A stretch of DNA of 32,000 bases from an uncultured Erysipelotrichaceae bacterium (GTDB lineage Bacteria; Bacillota_I; Bacilli_A; Erysipelotrichales; Erysipelotrichaceae): NCBI GenBank assembly GCA_942492995.1, contig OW818653.1:1770001-1802000 (forward strand), written 5' to 3'. The number at the start of each line of letters is the position of its first letter. The stretch's first letter is position 1. The notes beneath the pieces are model-generated. The model searched no databases. It was given only the letters and a program-made list of their open reading frames with translations, and was not told the DNA's origin. A program made the position numbers and the translations under genes. Below, piece after piece: positions 16,940-27,200 of the stretch.

Positions 16940-19760
16940 TATTTGTTATAAACTCATTTAGAAGTTTTTCTGGTAATGTTTCTCTGAACTTGAATAAAAA
17001 TCTAATTGGTTTGTTAAATTCATATTTATAAGTATCTACTAATCCAAGATATATAAAAGGTTGAACTAATCCGTCAATCTTTTTAAATTTACGAACAAAC
17101 ATGTGTAAATTTATATTTTTTTCTCTATTCTGGATGAGGTTGATGCCAATCTTCGAATTTTGACTAGTTTTATTTTGAGATTCCCATTGTATATAATATT
17201 GATCTATAATTTTATCTTTGTAGTTTATAGATTCCTTTATTGTTTCATCTTTATTTAGATCAACGTAAATGAAGTAATCGTTTTTATTAGTGATTAAACC
17301 TTGACCTCGATATGCAGCTGTTTTTCTATAGTCATTAGATAAAGTTGCAGCATCCATCATTGTGTAAGTTTGATAAAGTTTAAAGAATGGTAATTGGTAA
17401 TCTGGAAAGTTAAACTCTCTAGAAAATCGAGTCAAACCAAAACGAATTGTATCGCTTAACATTTTCATGTTTTTATCTGTTAACAGTGAGGTCCAATTTT
17501 CGTGTCTTGTTATAATCTGTGATTTTTCATCATATTTTATTAAATGAGTAAAGTTTTTAAGTTGTTGAGAATCTTTAAATTGACCTAAAAGACTATTTAT
17601 AGCATGAAGTAAAGATTCTGAACTAATGTTATTAACGAAAGTAGAAATTTCAGATTTCATTAATTCGAATGTAATTGATTCATTATGAATTAATTGATCA
17701 ATTATTGCATATTCATGTGGTCTCCTAATTGGTAATTCAGAAGACACTTGTGCTAAAACTTTCAAAAATTGATTGGTTAGATCATAGTCGTTTAAATCAA
17801 TATCTTTCTCTATTTTACAAATAAATTCGATATATGTTTTTGAATGATTTATGAACTTAATTGGATCAGGACTTCCTTCAAGTAGTTCGTATTCCATTAA
17901 GTAAAATGGGATTTTATAATTATTTATTTTCTTAAATAGTAGGTATTCATCTTTGAGATATTTCATCGAGTTAAAGTTTTCAAATTCTAATTGTTTTAGT
18001 ATTTGTTCTCTTGCAATCTCATTCATTTGGACAAAAGATGTTCCTGGTAACCCTTTAAAGTTATTTTTAACAGTTACTTTGAGACTATCTTTGTCTAAAT
18101 AATTCGAACCATTAAGTGCTATTGCTATTAAGAAACTCTTTTTATAATTGCCAATAAAATCTAATACAGTTACATACTCTTTATCTTTATATTTTCTTAA
18201 TCCGCGGCCTAATTGTTGAATGAAAATAATTGGTGAGCTTGTTGGTCGCAACATTAGAACTGTGTTTATGCTAGGTATGTCTATACCTTCATTAAATATA
18301 TCTACTGTAAATAATACTTTTATTGAATCATATGATTCAGATTCTATTTCATTAATATACTGCTTACGTATTTCAACTGAATCAGATCCACTTAAGAATT
18401 TGCTTTTTATACCACGTTTATTAAATTCTTCCGCCATATATTCTGCATGTTTTAAACTTGCACAAAAACCAAGTGCTTTTAATTTCTTACCATCATGCCC
18501 ATAGAAGTTTAATTTTTCTAGAACATACTCTACTCGATTATTGACACTCAACATAGTACCAATCGTTTCTGAGTCATTTAAATCAATTTTCTCAAGATCT
18601 ATACCTTCTACTTCTGTTATACCAAAGTAATGGAACGGACAAACCAAATCATTTTCGATAGCCTCATGAAGTCGAATTTCTAAAGCAACATTATTATTAA
18701 AATAATTAAATAATGCAAAACCATCAGTTCTTTCTGGAGTTGCAGTCATACCTAAAATAAAGTTAGGGTTAAAATAGTTCATAACCCTTTGATATGATTC
18801 AGAAACGGCATGATGAGATTCATCTAATATAATGTAATCGAAATCATTTGGATTAAACTTACTGAAGTGCAAATTCATGCTATTAATTGTAGAAAATAGA
18901 TACTTTCTATTATATTCCTTGCTGGTTCCGCTTAATACACCAATATCAATCTTACTACCAAGAACTCTTTTAAATGATTCAACAGCTTTTAATAATATAT
19001 CTTCTCTATGTACTAGAAATAATAAACGTTTTGGATTATAGTTCTGAACATCAAAGGCAGACATATATGTTTTTCCTGTTGCAGTTGCAGCAATGACTAA
19101 TCCTCTATTTTCTCCACGACTGCGTAGATTCTTTAAACTTTGCATTGCTCTTAATTGCATCGAATTTGGTCGTACAGTTTCTTCTCGATATATGAAAGAT
19201 TCTTCGTTTCTCTTAAAATCTTTTAAGTTCTCTATAAAGTTCTCGTACTCAATTAGAAACCGTTCATCTAAAGATTGAGTTTTGTTCCATAATTCATTAA
19301 ATTGATTAAAAATATCGATGACAAAAGGGTTTTCCTTTTTAGAAATAATTTTTACATTCCATTCTATATTCTTTAATAATGCATTAGAAGTAATGTTGGA
19401 TGACCCAACATAAAGTTGATAATTGTCTTCATACTCAAAAATGTATGCCTTTGTATGGAATCCACCAAAAACATGTTGAAGATAGATCTTAGTTTCAATA
19501 TTTTCGAATTCAGTTAATTTTCTAATCGCTTTTGGTTCAGTAAAATTCAAATAATCTGATGTTATTACTTTGCCTTCTATTCCTTTTTCATTAGCTTCAT
19601 TCAATGTCTTTAAAAGAAGTTGTAGTCCACTATAGTTGATGAAGGCGACACTAAAAATAAAACTTTTACAGTTTTTTAATGAATTGTTTATTTCGTCAAA
19701 CATATTAGAATTAAGATTATTCGAAATTAGACTTAATGATTGTTGCTCAAAGTTATTCAT
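16926..19760 (-). CDS. SauUSI-like type IV modification-dependent restriction enzyme (PLD nuclease + SF2 ResIII helicase + DUF3427-type C-terminus)
   Basis: HKD motif 'GGFHTKAYIF...YVGSSNITSNAL'. Helicase motifs 'VIAATATGKTYMS', 'IILDESHHA', 'GMTATPER', 'QQLGRGLRK'. A ~330-aa C-terminal region and a total length of ~945 aa match the SauUSI architecture. The second ATG (19760, GGGG RBS) is preferred over 19772. Confidence 0.75.
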   Translation of the reverse strand: MNNFEQQSLSLISNNLNSNMFDEINNSLKNCKSFIFSVAFINYSGLQLLLKTLNEANEKGIEGKVITSDYLNFTEPKAIRKLTEFENIETKIYLQHVFGGFHTKAYIFEYEDNYQLYVGSSNITSNALLKNIEWNVKIISKKENPFVIDIFNQFNELWNKTQSLDERFLIEYENFIENLKDFKRNEESFIYREETVRPNSMQLRAMQSLKNLRSRGENRGLVIAATATGKTYMSAFDVQNYNPKRLLFLVHREDILLKAVESFKRVLGSKIDIGVLSGTSKEYNRKYLFSTINSMNLHFSKFNPNDFDYIILDESHHAVSESYQRVMNYFNPNFILGMTATPERTDGFALFNYFNNNVALEIRLHEAIENDLVCPFHYFGITEVEGIDLEKIDLNDSETIGTMLSVNNRVEYVLEKLNFYGHDGKKLKALGFCASLKHAEYMAEEFNKRGIKSKFLSGSDSVEIRKQYINEIESESYDSIKVLFTVDIFNEGIDIPSINTVLMLRPTSSPIIFIQQLGRGLRKYKDKEYVTVLDFIGNYKKSFLIAIALNGSNYLDKDSLKVTVKNNFKGLPGTSFVQMNEIAREQILKQLEFENFNSMKYLKDEYLLFKKINNYKIPFYLMEYELLEGSPDPIKFINHSKTYIEFICKIEKDIDLNDYDLTNQFLKVLAQVSSELPIRRPHEYAIIDQLIHNESITFELMKSEISTFVNNISSESLLHAINSLLGQFKDSQQLKNFTHLIKYDEKSQIITRHENWTSLLTDKNMKMLSDTIRFGLTRFSREFNFPDYQLPFFKLYQTYTMMDAATLSNDYRKTAAYRGQGLITNKNDYFIYVDLNKDETIKESINYKDKIIDQYYIQWESQNKTSQNSKIGINLIQNREKNINLHMFVRKFKKIDGLVQPFIYLGLVDTYKYEFNKPIRFLFKFRETLPEKLLNEFITNTKSN

Positions 19761-19854
19761 ATAACCCCACATTGAATGAAAACTACATTAAACAAATTTT
19801 AACATTTAAAGTTGCTGATAGATATTAATTATTTTTTCATAAATTTATTCACAT

Positions 19855-19883
19855 TTACATATTTCCATATTTAAAGCTATAAT
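19855..19883 (+). promoter_or_regulatory. Candidate sigma-A promoter for the 195-aa/SF1B-helicase operon
   Basis: TTACAT (19855-19860), 17-nt spacer, TATAAT (19878-19883). The ORF-track ATG at 19882 lies inside this -10 box. Confidence 0.45.
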
Positions 19884-19905
19884 GTACATACAAATACGGG
19901 GGATT

Positions 19906-20493
19906 ATGTCTGATTCTATAAAGAATAATCAAGATCATCAAGTTGCGATAAATCTTGTAAATGACCTAATTGAAGGAAAGAATCCAATCACGAAATCCAA
20001 GTTTGATATGGATACAATTTTTAGTTCGCCTGAAATAGCAAGAGCTCTTTTCTATATAAGAAATATTCTAAACAATGACTCGAATTCTGCTTCATCATTA
20101 GTAGAAACTGTAGTTAATAAGTCTAAAAGAAAAACTGAGAAATTAAGAATTAGATTCGACAAGATTGATTTTGAAGAAATTGATTTTAGTGATTTTAATT
20201 ATGAAGAGAATACAGGTATTATAAAATTATCTAAAACTATTACTAAGTTTGTAAATGATAAACAGATATTGTTCGATGTAGAAGCAAAAGACTTAATAAG
20301 CTGGTTAGAGAATGAAGGATATCTTATAACAGAAAGTCTTGATTCAAAAAAGCATATTCCAAGTCCGTTAGGTGAAGCATTAGGAATAGTGTTTAAAGAT
20401 GTTGAAATAAAAGGAAGAATGGTTAAAATGAGCATTTATAGTCGATATGCTCAACAATTCATTATCGAACATTTAAAGGATATATATCTATAA
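19906..20493 (+). CDS. Hypothetical protein (195 aa) coupled to the downstream helicase
   Basis: ATG 19906 follows GGGGG (19898-19902, short 3-nt spacer). The stop TAA 20491-20493 abuts the next ATG (20494). No motif recognised. Confidence 0.55.
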   Translation: MSDSIKNNQDHQVAINLVNDLIEGKNPITKSKFDMDTIFSSPEIARALFYIRNILNNDSNSASSLVETVVNKSKRKTEKLRIRFDKIDFEEIDFSDFNYEENTGIIKLSKTITKFVNDKQILFDVEAKDLISWLENEGYLITESLDSKKHIPSPLGEALGIVFKDVEIKGRMVKMSIYSRYAQQFIIEHLKDIYL

Positions 20494-23400
20494 ATGATAA
20501 ATGCAGTGGCAATAGAGATAACTAAGTCTATCTATGAAGGTAAATGGTTATCGATTCGATATCATAATAAAAATGAAGAAGAAACTTATTTTTGGTGTGG
20601 AATAAAAGATATTGATACTGAAAAAAGAATGATACTTGCAGATGTTTATAATATCGGTAAAGAAGGATTTAAATCCGATTTTAAAATGTATATTGACTCA
20701 ATCATACAGGCAAATGTAGTAGAAGGAACATTCTACGGAAAACAAGAAGCTTTGATTGAAAAAATGAAAAACAATGTGGAAGACTTTTTGTTTCTTGAGC
20801 TAAGATCATTAGATGATAGAGTTTTAAATTATTACTTGGAATGTTATGCCAATGATGAAGAGCCTTATCAGAATGAATATGCTTTAGTTAAAGGATTAGA
20901 TCTAAATATATTCAAATCTAATATTGTAGATTTATCAGATCGTGATTTCGATCAAATTGTTATTATTCTTAATAAGCAACTCAAATTGAAAGTTGATCCT
21001 AAAACATCATTAGTTGTAAAGTTAGTTATAAATTATCTTTCAATTTACCAAGGCGACGATAAAATAATCCCTTTAGTTTACTATAATACTAAATTGGATA
21101 TTGAGAATAAACGTTTAGTTGTAGACGATAAGCCAACAATAAATAAAAACCAGATATCGGATGGTAAGCAACAAGCTTATATAACAAACTATATCGATGT
21201 TGATTATAAATTTTTCAAAGAGAATTTTTTGAAGTTCGAAGAAGAGTTTACGGAACAAGTTAGAAAAAATCTTGGACCACATGAAAAACTCGATCAAATG
21301 CCATACATATTCAAGTTTTCATTACGCTACAATACTTCATTAAGATCAGAATTTGAACAGATAGAATCAAAGTATAAAGCAAATAAATTGAACAAACCTT
21401 TGAGTTCATTTTTTGGACTTATTGAGAAAGATACGAAGAGGACCAAAGTTCGACCTTTACTAATTGAGAACTCAAATATAAACGTAAATCAGTTAAGAGC
21501 TGTATATAATGCAATAAATCGAAATGTTGTATTTATTCAAGGCCCACCTGGAACTGGAAAGACTGTATCAATTGTAAATATGGTACACACTTGTCTATTT
21601 AACAACGAATCTACTTTGATAACATCAAACAATAATGAAGCTATTAATAACATTGTTAATAAATTAAATAATCTATCCTATAATAATATTCCTATTCGTT
21701 ATCCATTTTTACGTTTAGGATCTGACGAAAATATCCAAATGACACTGAGAAACTTAAGAGATTATCTTAAGTATTTTGAACTTATTGAATTTTCAGATGT
21801 TGATAAAGAGCGTTTATTTGACTTAGAGTATGATGTTAACGAAAGTATGAAATATGTAAATGAAATACTTGAAAAATACGAAACTCGATTAGAGTTAGAA
21901 CAAAAAATCGATGGATTGAAAAACTTTATTAAACTTATTGAAGAAGATAGTGAAATGGACGAATTTACAAAAGTAGGTAATATAATAGATTTTGAAGCTC
22001 AAATATTAAGACACAGCGAAAAACTCAAACAAACTATTAATAAAGAAGAACTAGAAAATCTGAAGTTAGATTCTTCAAATAGTCATGAGATTATTTACTA
22101 CCTTTCAATAGAATATGGGAAAAAGTTGTTCGATGACAAGTATTCACAACTAAGGGAGATCCTCAATAAACAAAATGAAGAGGATAGATTGAAAGAATTT
22201 AAAAACTATATTCTAAGCGATGATGGAATGAAACGTCTTTTAGAGTGTTTTCCAATAATATTATCAACCAATATTTCCTCAACAAAGTTAGGGTCTTCAA
22301 ATTCAAACTTTGACTTATTAATTATGGAAGAAGCTTCACAATGTGGAAGTGCTGTTTCTCTAATTCCGATGACAAGATGCAAACGTGCTTGTTTTATTGG
22401 CGACCAAAATCAACTACAACCAGTAATAACGCTTACTGATGAACTAAATACTAAGTTTAAGAATACATATAATATTCCAGATTCGTTTGATTACAAGCAA
22501 AACTCAATATTAACTACATTGCTTAAAATCGATACTGCATCTAAATTTATCATGTTAGAGAAGCATTATAGATGTCCAAAAAAAGTCATAAATTTCGCAA
22601 ATAAGAAGTATTATAAAAATTTACTAGATATTGAAAATTTGATGAATGATGACGCTTCATTAAAACTTATTGATATTCAAAATACATCCTCTTATGAACC
22701 TAATACTTCTGGTGCAGAAATATCGGCTATTCTAGAAGAACTCAGAACATTACCTAAGAATGAAGAAGTAGCGATTATTACACCATTCAAAAAACAGGCA
22801 AGGTTGATCGAAAGTGTTTTATTTGAAAAAGGTATAGAAAATATAAAGGTTGGTACAATCCATACATTCCAAGGACAAGAAAAAGATCACATTATAGTAA
22901 GTACAGCAATAACTGGAAAGACAAAACAAGGTTCTTTTGATTGGATAAAGAACAATAAAGAGTTAATAAATGTTATGACCACAAGACCTAAAAAGAAACT
23001 TACAATTATCGCGGACGTTCAAGCAATAGATAGATTAAGTCAAGGTGAAATGAATGATTATTTTGAGTTGATTAATTATATGGCTTTAAAAGGAGATTCA
23101 GAAATTATTGAAGTTGAGGAAGATATTTTTAGTTCAAGAGTTAATGGGTATAGAAACTTTACTACAAAGAGTGAAAGAGAGCTACTTAAAACAGTTCAAC
23201 ACTTTAGATCAACCAACCAAAAGTTTGGTATAAGGTTAAAACCTAAGATTTCTGATTTATTGGAATTGCTACCTGAAGAAAAATATTTATTTAATTATGC
23301 TAATTCAGCACACTTTGATTTAGTTTTAACAGATAATCAAGATAGACCTCTAATGGCAATCGAAGTATGCGGTCCTGAACACTATGAAGATCCTATTGTC

Positions 23401-23529
23401 ATAGCACGAGACAAAAAGAAAGCAGAAATCTGTGCTTTAAGAAATCTGCATTTAGTTATTATACCTAATGAAAATGTTAGAAAATATAATGAAATTAGAC
23501 AGATAATTATAGATACTTTGAAGAATTGA
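20494..23529 (+). CDS. Upf1/DNA2-like SF1B helicase (AAA_11/AAA_12 type) with C-terminal DUF2726/DUF559-like restriction-endonuclease-fold domain
   Basis: 1011-aa ORF. Motifs 'FIQGPPGTGKTVSIVN', 'LLIMEEASQC', 'FIGDQNQLQPV', 'LEKHYRCPKKVINFAN', 'VGTIHTFQGQEKDHIIVS', 'NVMTTRPKKKLTIIAD'. C-terminus 'AHFDLVLTD...PLMAIEVCGPEH...ARDKKK'. The N-terminal ~330 aa are unassigned. Confidence 0.8.
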   Translation: MINAVAIEITKSIYEGKWLSIRYHNKNEEETYFWCGIKDIDTEKRMILADVYNIGKEGFKSDFKMYIDSIIQANVVEGTFYGKQEALIEKMKNNVEDFLFLELRSLDDRVLNYYLECYANDEEPYQNEYALVKGLDLNIFKSNIVDLSDRDFDQIVIILNKQLKLKVDPKTSLVVKLVINYLSIYQGDDKIIPLVYYNTKLDIENKRLVVDDKPTINKNQISDGKQQAYITNYIDVDYKFFKENFLKFEEEFTEQVRKNLGPHEKLDQMPYIFKFSLRYNTSLRSEFEQIESKYKANKLNKPLSSFFGLIEKDTKRTKVRPLLIENSNINVNQLRAVYNAINRNVVFIQGPPGTGKTVSIVNMVHTCLFNNESTLITSNNNEAINNIVNKLNNLSYNNIPIRYPFLRLGSDENIQMTLRNLRDYLKYFELIEFSDVDKERLFDLEYDVNESMKYVNEILEKYETRLELEQKIDGLKNFIKLIEEDSEMDEFTKVGNIIDFEAQILRHSEKLKQTINKEELENLKLDSSNSHEIIYYLSIEYGKKLFDDKYSQLREILNKQNEEDRLKEFKNYILSDDGMKRLLECFPIILSTNISSTKLGSSNSNFDLLIMEEASQCGSAVSLIPMTRCKRACFIGDQNQLQPVITLTDELNTKFKNTYNIPDSFDYKQNSILTTLLKIDTASKFIMLEKHYRCPKKVINFANKKYYKNLLDIENLMNDDASLKLIDIQNTSSYEPNTSGAEISAILEELRTLPKNEEVAIITPFKKQARLIESVLFEKGIENIKVGTIHTFQGQEKDHIIVSTAITGKTKQGSFDWIKNNKELINVMTTRPKKKLTIIADVQAIDRLSQGEMNDYFELINYMALKGDSEIIEVEEDIFSSRVNGYRNFTTKSERELLKTVQHFRSTNQKFGIRLKPKISDLLELLPEEKYLFNYANSAHFDLVLTDNQDRPLMAIEVCGPEHYEDPIVIARDKKKAEICALRNLHLVIIPNENVRKYNEIRQIIIDTLKN

Positions 23530-24240
23530 TTATTTAATGTTAAGCAATATTGATAATATTATAATTATCATATTCATAATCCCAATTACCATTACTAATG
23601 AAGTAAACTTTTTCTCAAGTTTATCGATTTTAACATTCATGAGCGTATTAAAATCATTTAATTTATTTTGAATTTCTAAAATATTCCTATTAGAACTTTC
23701 ATATAATGAAACCAAATTTCTTAAAGTTTCTCTTGTGAAGTTAACTTCTTTTTCTAATCCAATTGTACTATTCTTAAATGAATCATTTGTTTGATCAATT
23801 AGCTTTTTGTAAGTTTCTTCAATTGATGCAATATTTTCTTTGGTATTGGTTTCTAAATCAACGATTAATTCCTTATATCGATTTTCGATTTCAGATGCAA
23901 GTTTTCTTAATTCTTCAATCTTTTGATTTGTATCTTTCTTCGATTCTTCGTTGGATTGAATAAATCGATTTTCGATTTCAGAAGATAGTTTTCTTAATTC
24001 TTCAATCTTTTGATTTGTTTCATTCTTCAATTCTTCATTTACTTGAATAAATCGATTCTCAATTGTTTCAAGAAAATTTTTGGAATTAGTGTCTATTGAT
24101 TTTACTAAATTATCAATATCCTCTAGTCGTTTTAATCCTTCTGTTGAGTTTCTGTTAGATTGTTCAAGTTCTTCAATTAACTGAGTTGCTGTCTGTATTT
24201 TATGCTTAAAATTCTGTAGTTCATTTTCTAAATTAGTCAT
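23530..24240 (-). CDS. Tail-anchored coiled-coil protein with 29-aa tandem repeats
   Basis: Preferred start ATG 24240 (AAGGAG, complement of 24247-24252, 6-nt spacer) rather than 24261. Heptad-rich E/K/N/L sequence. One C-terminal hydrophobic helix 'LVMVIGIMNMIIIILSILL'. The RBS overlaps the stop codon of the upstream RecQ-like gene. Confidence 0.7.
   Translation of the reverse strand: MTNLENELQNFKHKIQTATQLIEELEQSNRNSTEGLKRLEDIDNLVKSIDTNSKNFLETIENRFIQVNEELKNETNQKIEELRKLSSEIENRFIQSNEESKKDTNQKIEELRKLASEIENRYKELIVDLETNTKENIASIEETYKKLIDQTNDSFKNSTIGLEKEVNFTRETLRNLVSLYESSNRNILEIQNKLNDFNTLMNVKIDKLEKKFTSLVMVIGIMNMIIIILSILLNIK
23879..24052. repeat. Two tandem copies of an 87-bp unit (about 87% identical by manual alignment) inside the coiled-coil gene
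   Basis: Copy 1 is 23879-23965 and copy 2 is 23966-24052, with degenerate partial copies on both sides. They encode 'NRFIQVNEELKNETNQKIEELRKLSSEIE' and 'NRFIQSNEESKKDTNQKIEELRKLASEIE'. Confidence 0.85.
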
Positions 24241-24250
24241 TTGTTTCTCC

Positions 24251-27200
24251 TTAAAGTACATCGCTATAATGTTTATTAATTGATTGGATTAAATAAGGTG
24301 TTATAAACTCATCCAAATTCTCCTCATAAGATAAATGCTTCATAAAATATTGAGAATTATAATTAAACGCGAAATCTATAATGTCTTTCTTAGCCGTATT
24401 TGAGCAAGATTTATAAATAATTGGAATGTTAGAATAGAATTCATCAACATCTTCTTCCGTACTTTTTGATAGTGCAAGTTTGAGTCGTTCTTGACCATTT
24501 CTTGTTTTAAAATTATCGAGTCTTAGCATTACAAGAGACATAAACAAGTTGATTTTATTTGATTCTTCTGTTTCAAGTAATCGTTCCATTACAACCCTTA
24601 TTTCTTGAAGTTGATTATTTTTTATTTTAGATGCTCTATTCAAAACTCCTCTTATATTGACTCCATCAAATGTAAATGATAGTTTTGAATCACGCTTTTC
24701 AAGTAGTCTTGAAATATCGAAGAATTGACTCATTTCATTTTGTATAGAGTCATTCATTTGAGCGTTTTTATATCTTTCTACAAAATCAAACATATTAGCT
24801 AATTGCTCACGTTTTGATCTTAAAAATGTGCTTTGATACCATTCTCTAATGATTACAATAATGTCATATAGCTGATCTATTCGTTCAATTCTATCAATTT
24901 TGTTTATTAGTTCAGTATTAGGTAGATATTGATTCAAATAGTTAATCGATGTTTGTTTAATATGTTCAATATCTAAATACTCTGGATGTAGTTGAATAAC
25001 TAATACTACATTCAGATAACCTCTATATTCTACTGTCCAAGTTCTGATTATTCCAATTTTATGTAGTATATAAAGCTTGTTTTGAAAACTGTTTAAGTAT
25101 TTACTTTCAAGAAAATGAGTTACGCTTAAATTATTTGTTCTCTCAAGTAAATATTTCAATACTTCAAGGGTTTGTTCTGACTCCTTTTCAGGTGTATTCA
25201 AATCTTGTGTCATAAAGAATGCAATTGTTGATAGATCACTGTCATCTGAATAACCTAGATTATCATTTAATCCTTTTAATTCTTCTACTGAAGTTGATAA
25301 ATCTAAGAACCGATTTATCTTATCTTGATATTTAGGATTAGCTTCATAGGTTAAAAGTAAACAACCAGACTTCTTACCATCGCGCCCAGCACGTCCAGCT
25401 TCTTGGAAGAATGACTCTCTTGAAGGTGGGATACCAAAATGAATAGTTCTTCTGACATTTGGTTTATCTATTCCCATCCCAAATGCTTTAGTTGCGAATA
25501 ATAACGTCTTTTTATTTCGAATAAAATCATCTTGTGTATTCTTCTCTTCACCATGAAAGAATGTAATTTCATTTGGAAATGACTTCAAATATTGCCTGTG
25601 CATTCTATTTAGTAATGCCTTTGTCTTGAAAAATACAATGTAGGCATTAGCTGGGTTCTTATCAAGACTAAAACTGATTCGCGGATTCTCGTAGTCAGTT
25701 TTTAAAACTTTATCAAAAGTTTCAACAAGTTGAGCATAGCTTTTAGTTTTAAGAATAGAGAAATTTAGATTATCTCTTTGAAGTTTCTTAGAAAAAACGA
25801 TATTATCCTTGTCATAAATTCCAAGCTCAACTTGAAGATCTTTAATAACATTGATAGCAGCAGTAGCGGTTAATCCTAAATATTGAACATTTGAACAATA
25901 AGTATTAATAGTATGGGAGAGCATTAAATACGATACTCTAAAGTCATGACCCCATTCTGACAAACAATGAACTTCATCTAACACAATTAGTCCAATCTTC
26001 TTTTTGATACTTTGAGCAATTAACCAATCCCTAAAAACCTTATTTTGGAATCTCTCAGGTGAAGAGAAGATAAAAATAGATGGACGTTTAAACATCTTAT
26101 CAACAATTGTTTTTGCACTTAAGTTACCTTCTTCAGTAGTCTGAGCGATTAATTTAACAACTCTGTCAATCATAAATTCTTCAGTTAATTTTCTATATTG
26201 ATCGATTATGAGTGCATTAATTGGGTCTACAATTATTGTGAATTTAGGTTGCATTAATGCTGCCATTTGATAGATTAGTGATTTCCCACCACTTGTGGTT
26301 AATATACCAATTGTGTTATTACAATTTAATGCACTTCTAAGTATTTCTATTTGACCGGGTCTAAATTCTTGGAATCCAAAAAGTTCTAATAAAAGAATGT
26401 TTAAGTACTCTATATGTTCAGAACTATCATTAATTTTGTATTTTACTTTATCTGCAATCCATAAGTTGGCTAATGTTTCGTCTGAGAAGTCACTCAGAAT
26501 AGTATAAGAATTTGATTTATTAGGATATATAACTTCAAAAGAAATATTGATTTTTTCTAAAGTGAAATCAGTTGAAGTTAAGTTTAATAATGGACTTTCA
26601 AAACTCAAGTTTGCTAGAGTAGTAAGGATCTTTACTCTGTTTGTAAGATCTCCGATTGCAATATTTAGATAAGTTAATGAAGAGTTAATTATATTTAAAT
26701 TCCATTGTTTGTCATCTAGATGATTGTTGCGAATTAGAGACAAAACAAGAATTTCGAGCTGATATACTTTTCGATACTCAGATTCATTCAAATTTAATGT
26801 TATTAAATATTGAGATGGTTGAATATATCTGCCTCTAATTAGCTGATTAAAAACGGTGGCATAGAAAGAATCATATTTCGATGTACATTTATCTTCATCA
26901 CTAACATTAAAAATCGAGAAAGATAATTCTCCTAGGAAACAACTATCATAAGAGACCTGGCAATTTTCAACTAATAGTGAGAAATCAGTGTAGATATCAT
27001 CGGAGTCTTTTATAACTTCAATTTCTTGTTTTGATTTTTGAAATGATTCAATTTTTAATCTGTTTTCCTCTAATAAAGCAGTATTTCTTTGTAATGCAAT
27101 ATCATTTGTTTTAAATTCAGTTTGTTTATAAGAAAGTAATTCATCTTCAATATCTTGAAGATCTAATGTAAGAATATCAATCTCATCTTGTAGATATATC

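Noticed and set aside
3681-19772. DISARM (DrmA/DrmB/DrmC/DrmD/DrmE) as the identity of the DUF1998 helicase, PLD and SF2 genes.
   Set aside because: No methyltransferase is present anywhere in the window. The helicase and DUF1998 are fused in one very large protein, as in DruE. The PLD domain belongs to a convergent gene with the complete SauUSI-type architecture. The alternative is kept for an HMM test.
20494-21480. A WYL-like ligand-sensing domain at the N-terminus of the SF1B helicase ('KWLSIRYHNKNEEETYFWCGIKDI').
   Set aside because: The resemblance is limited to a short beta-strand-like pattern and I cannot support it without a profile search. It is left as unassigned N-terminal region.
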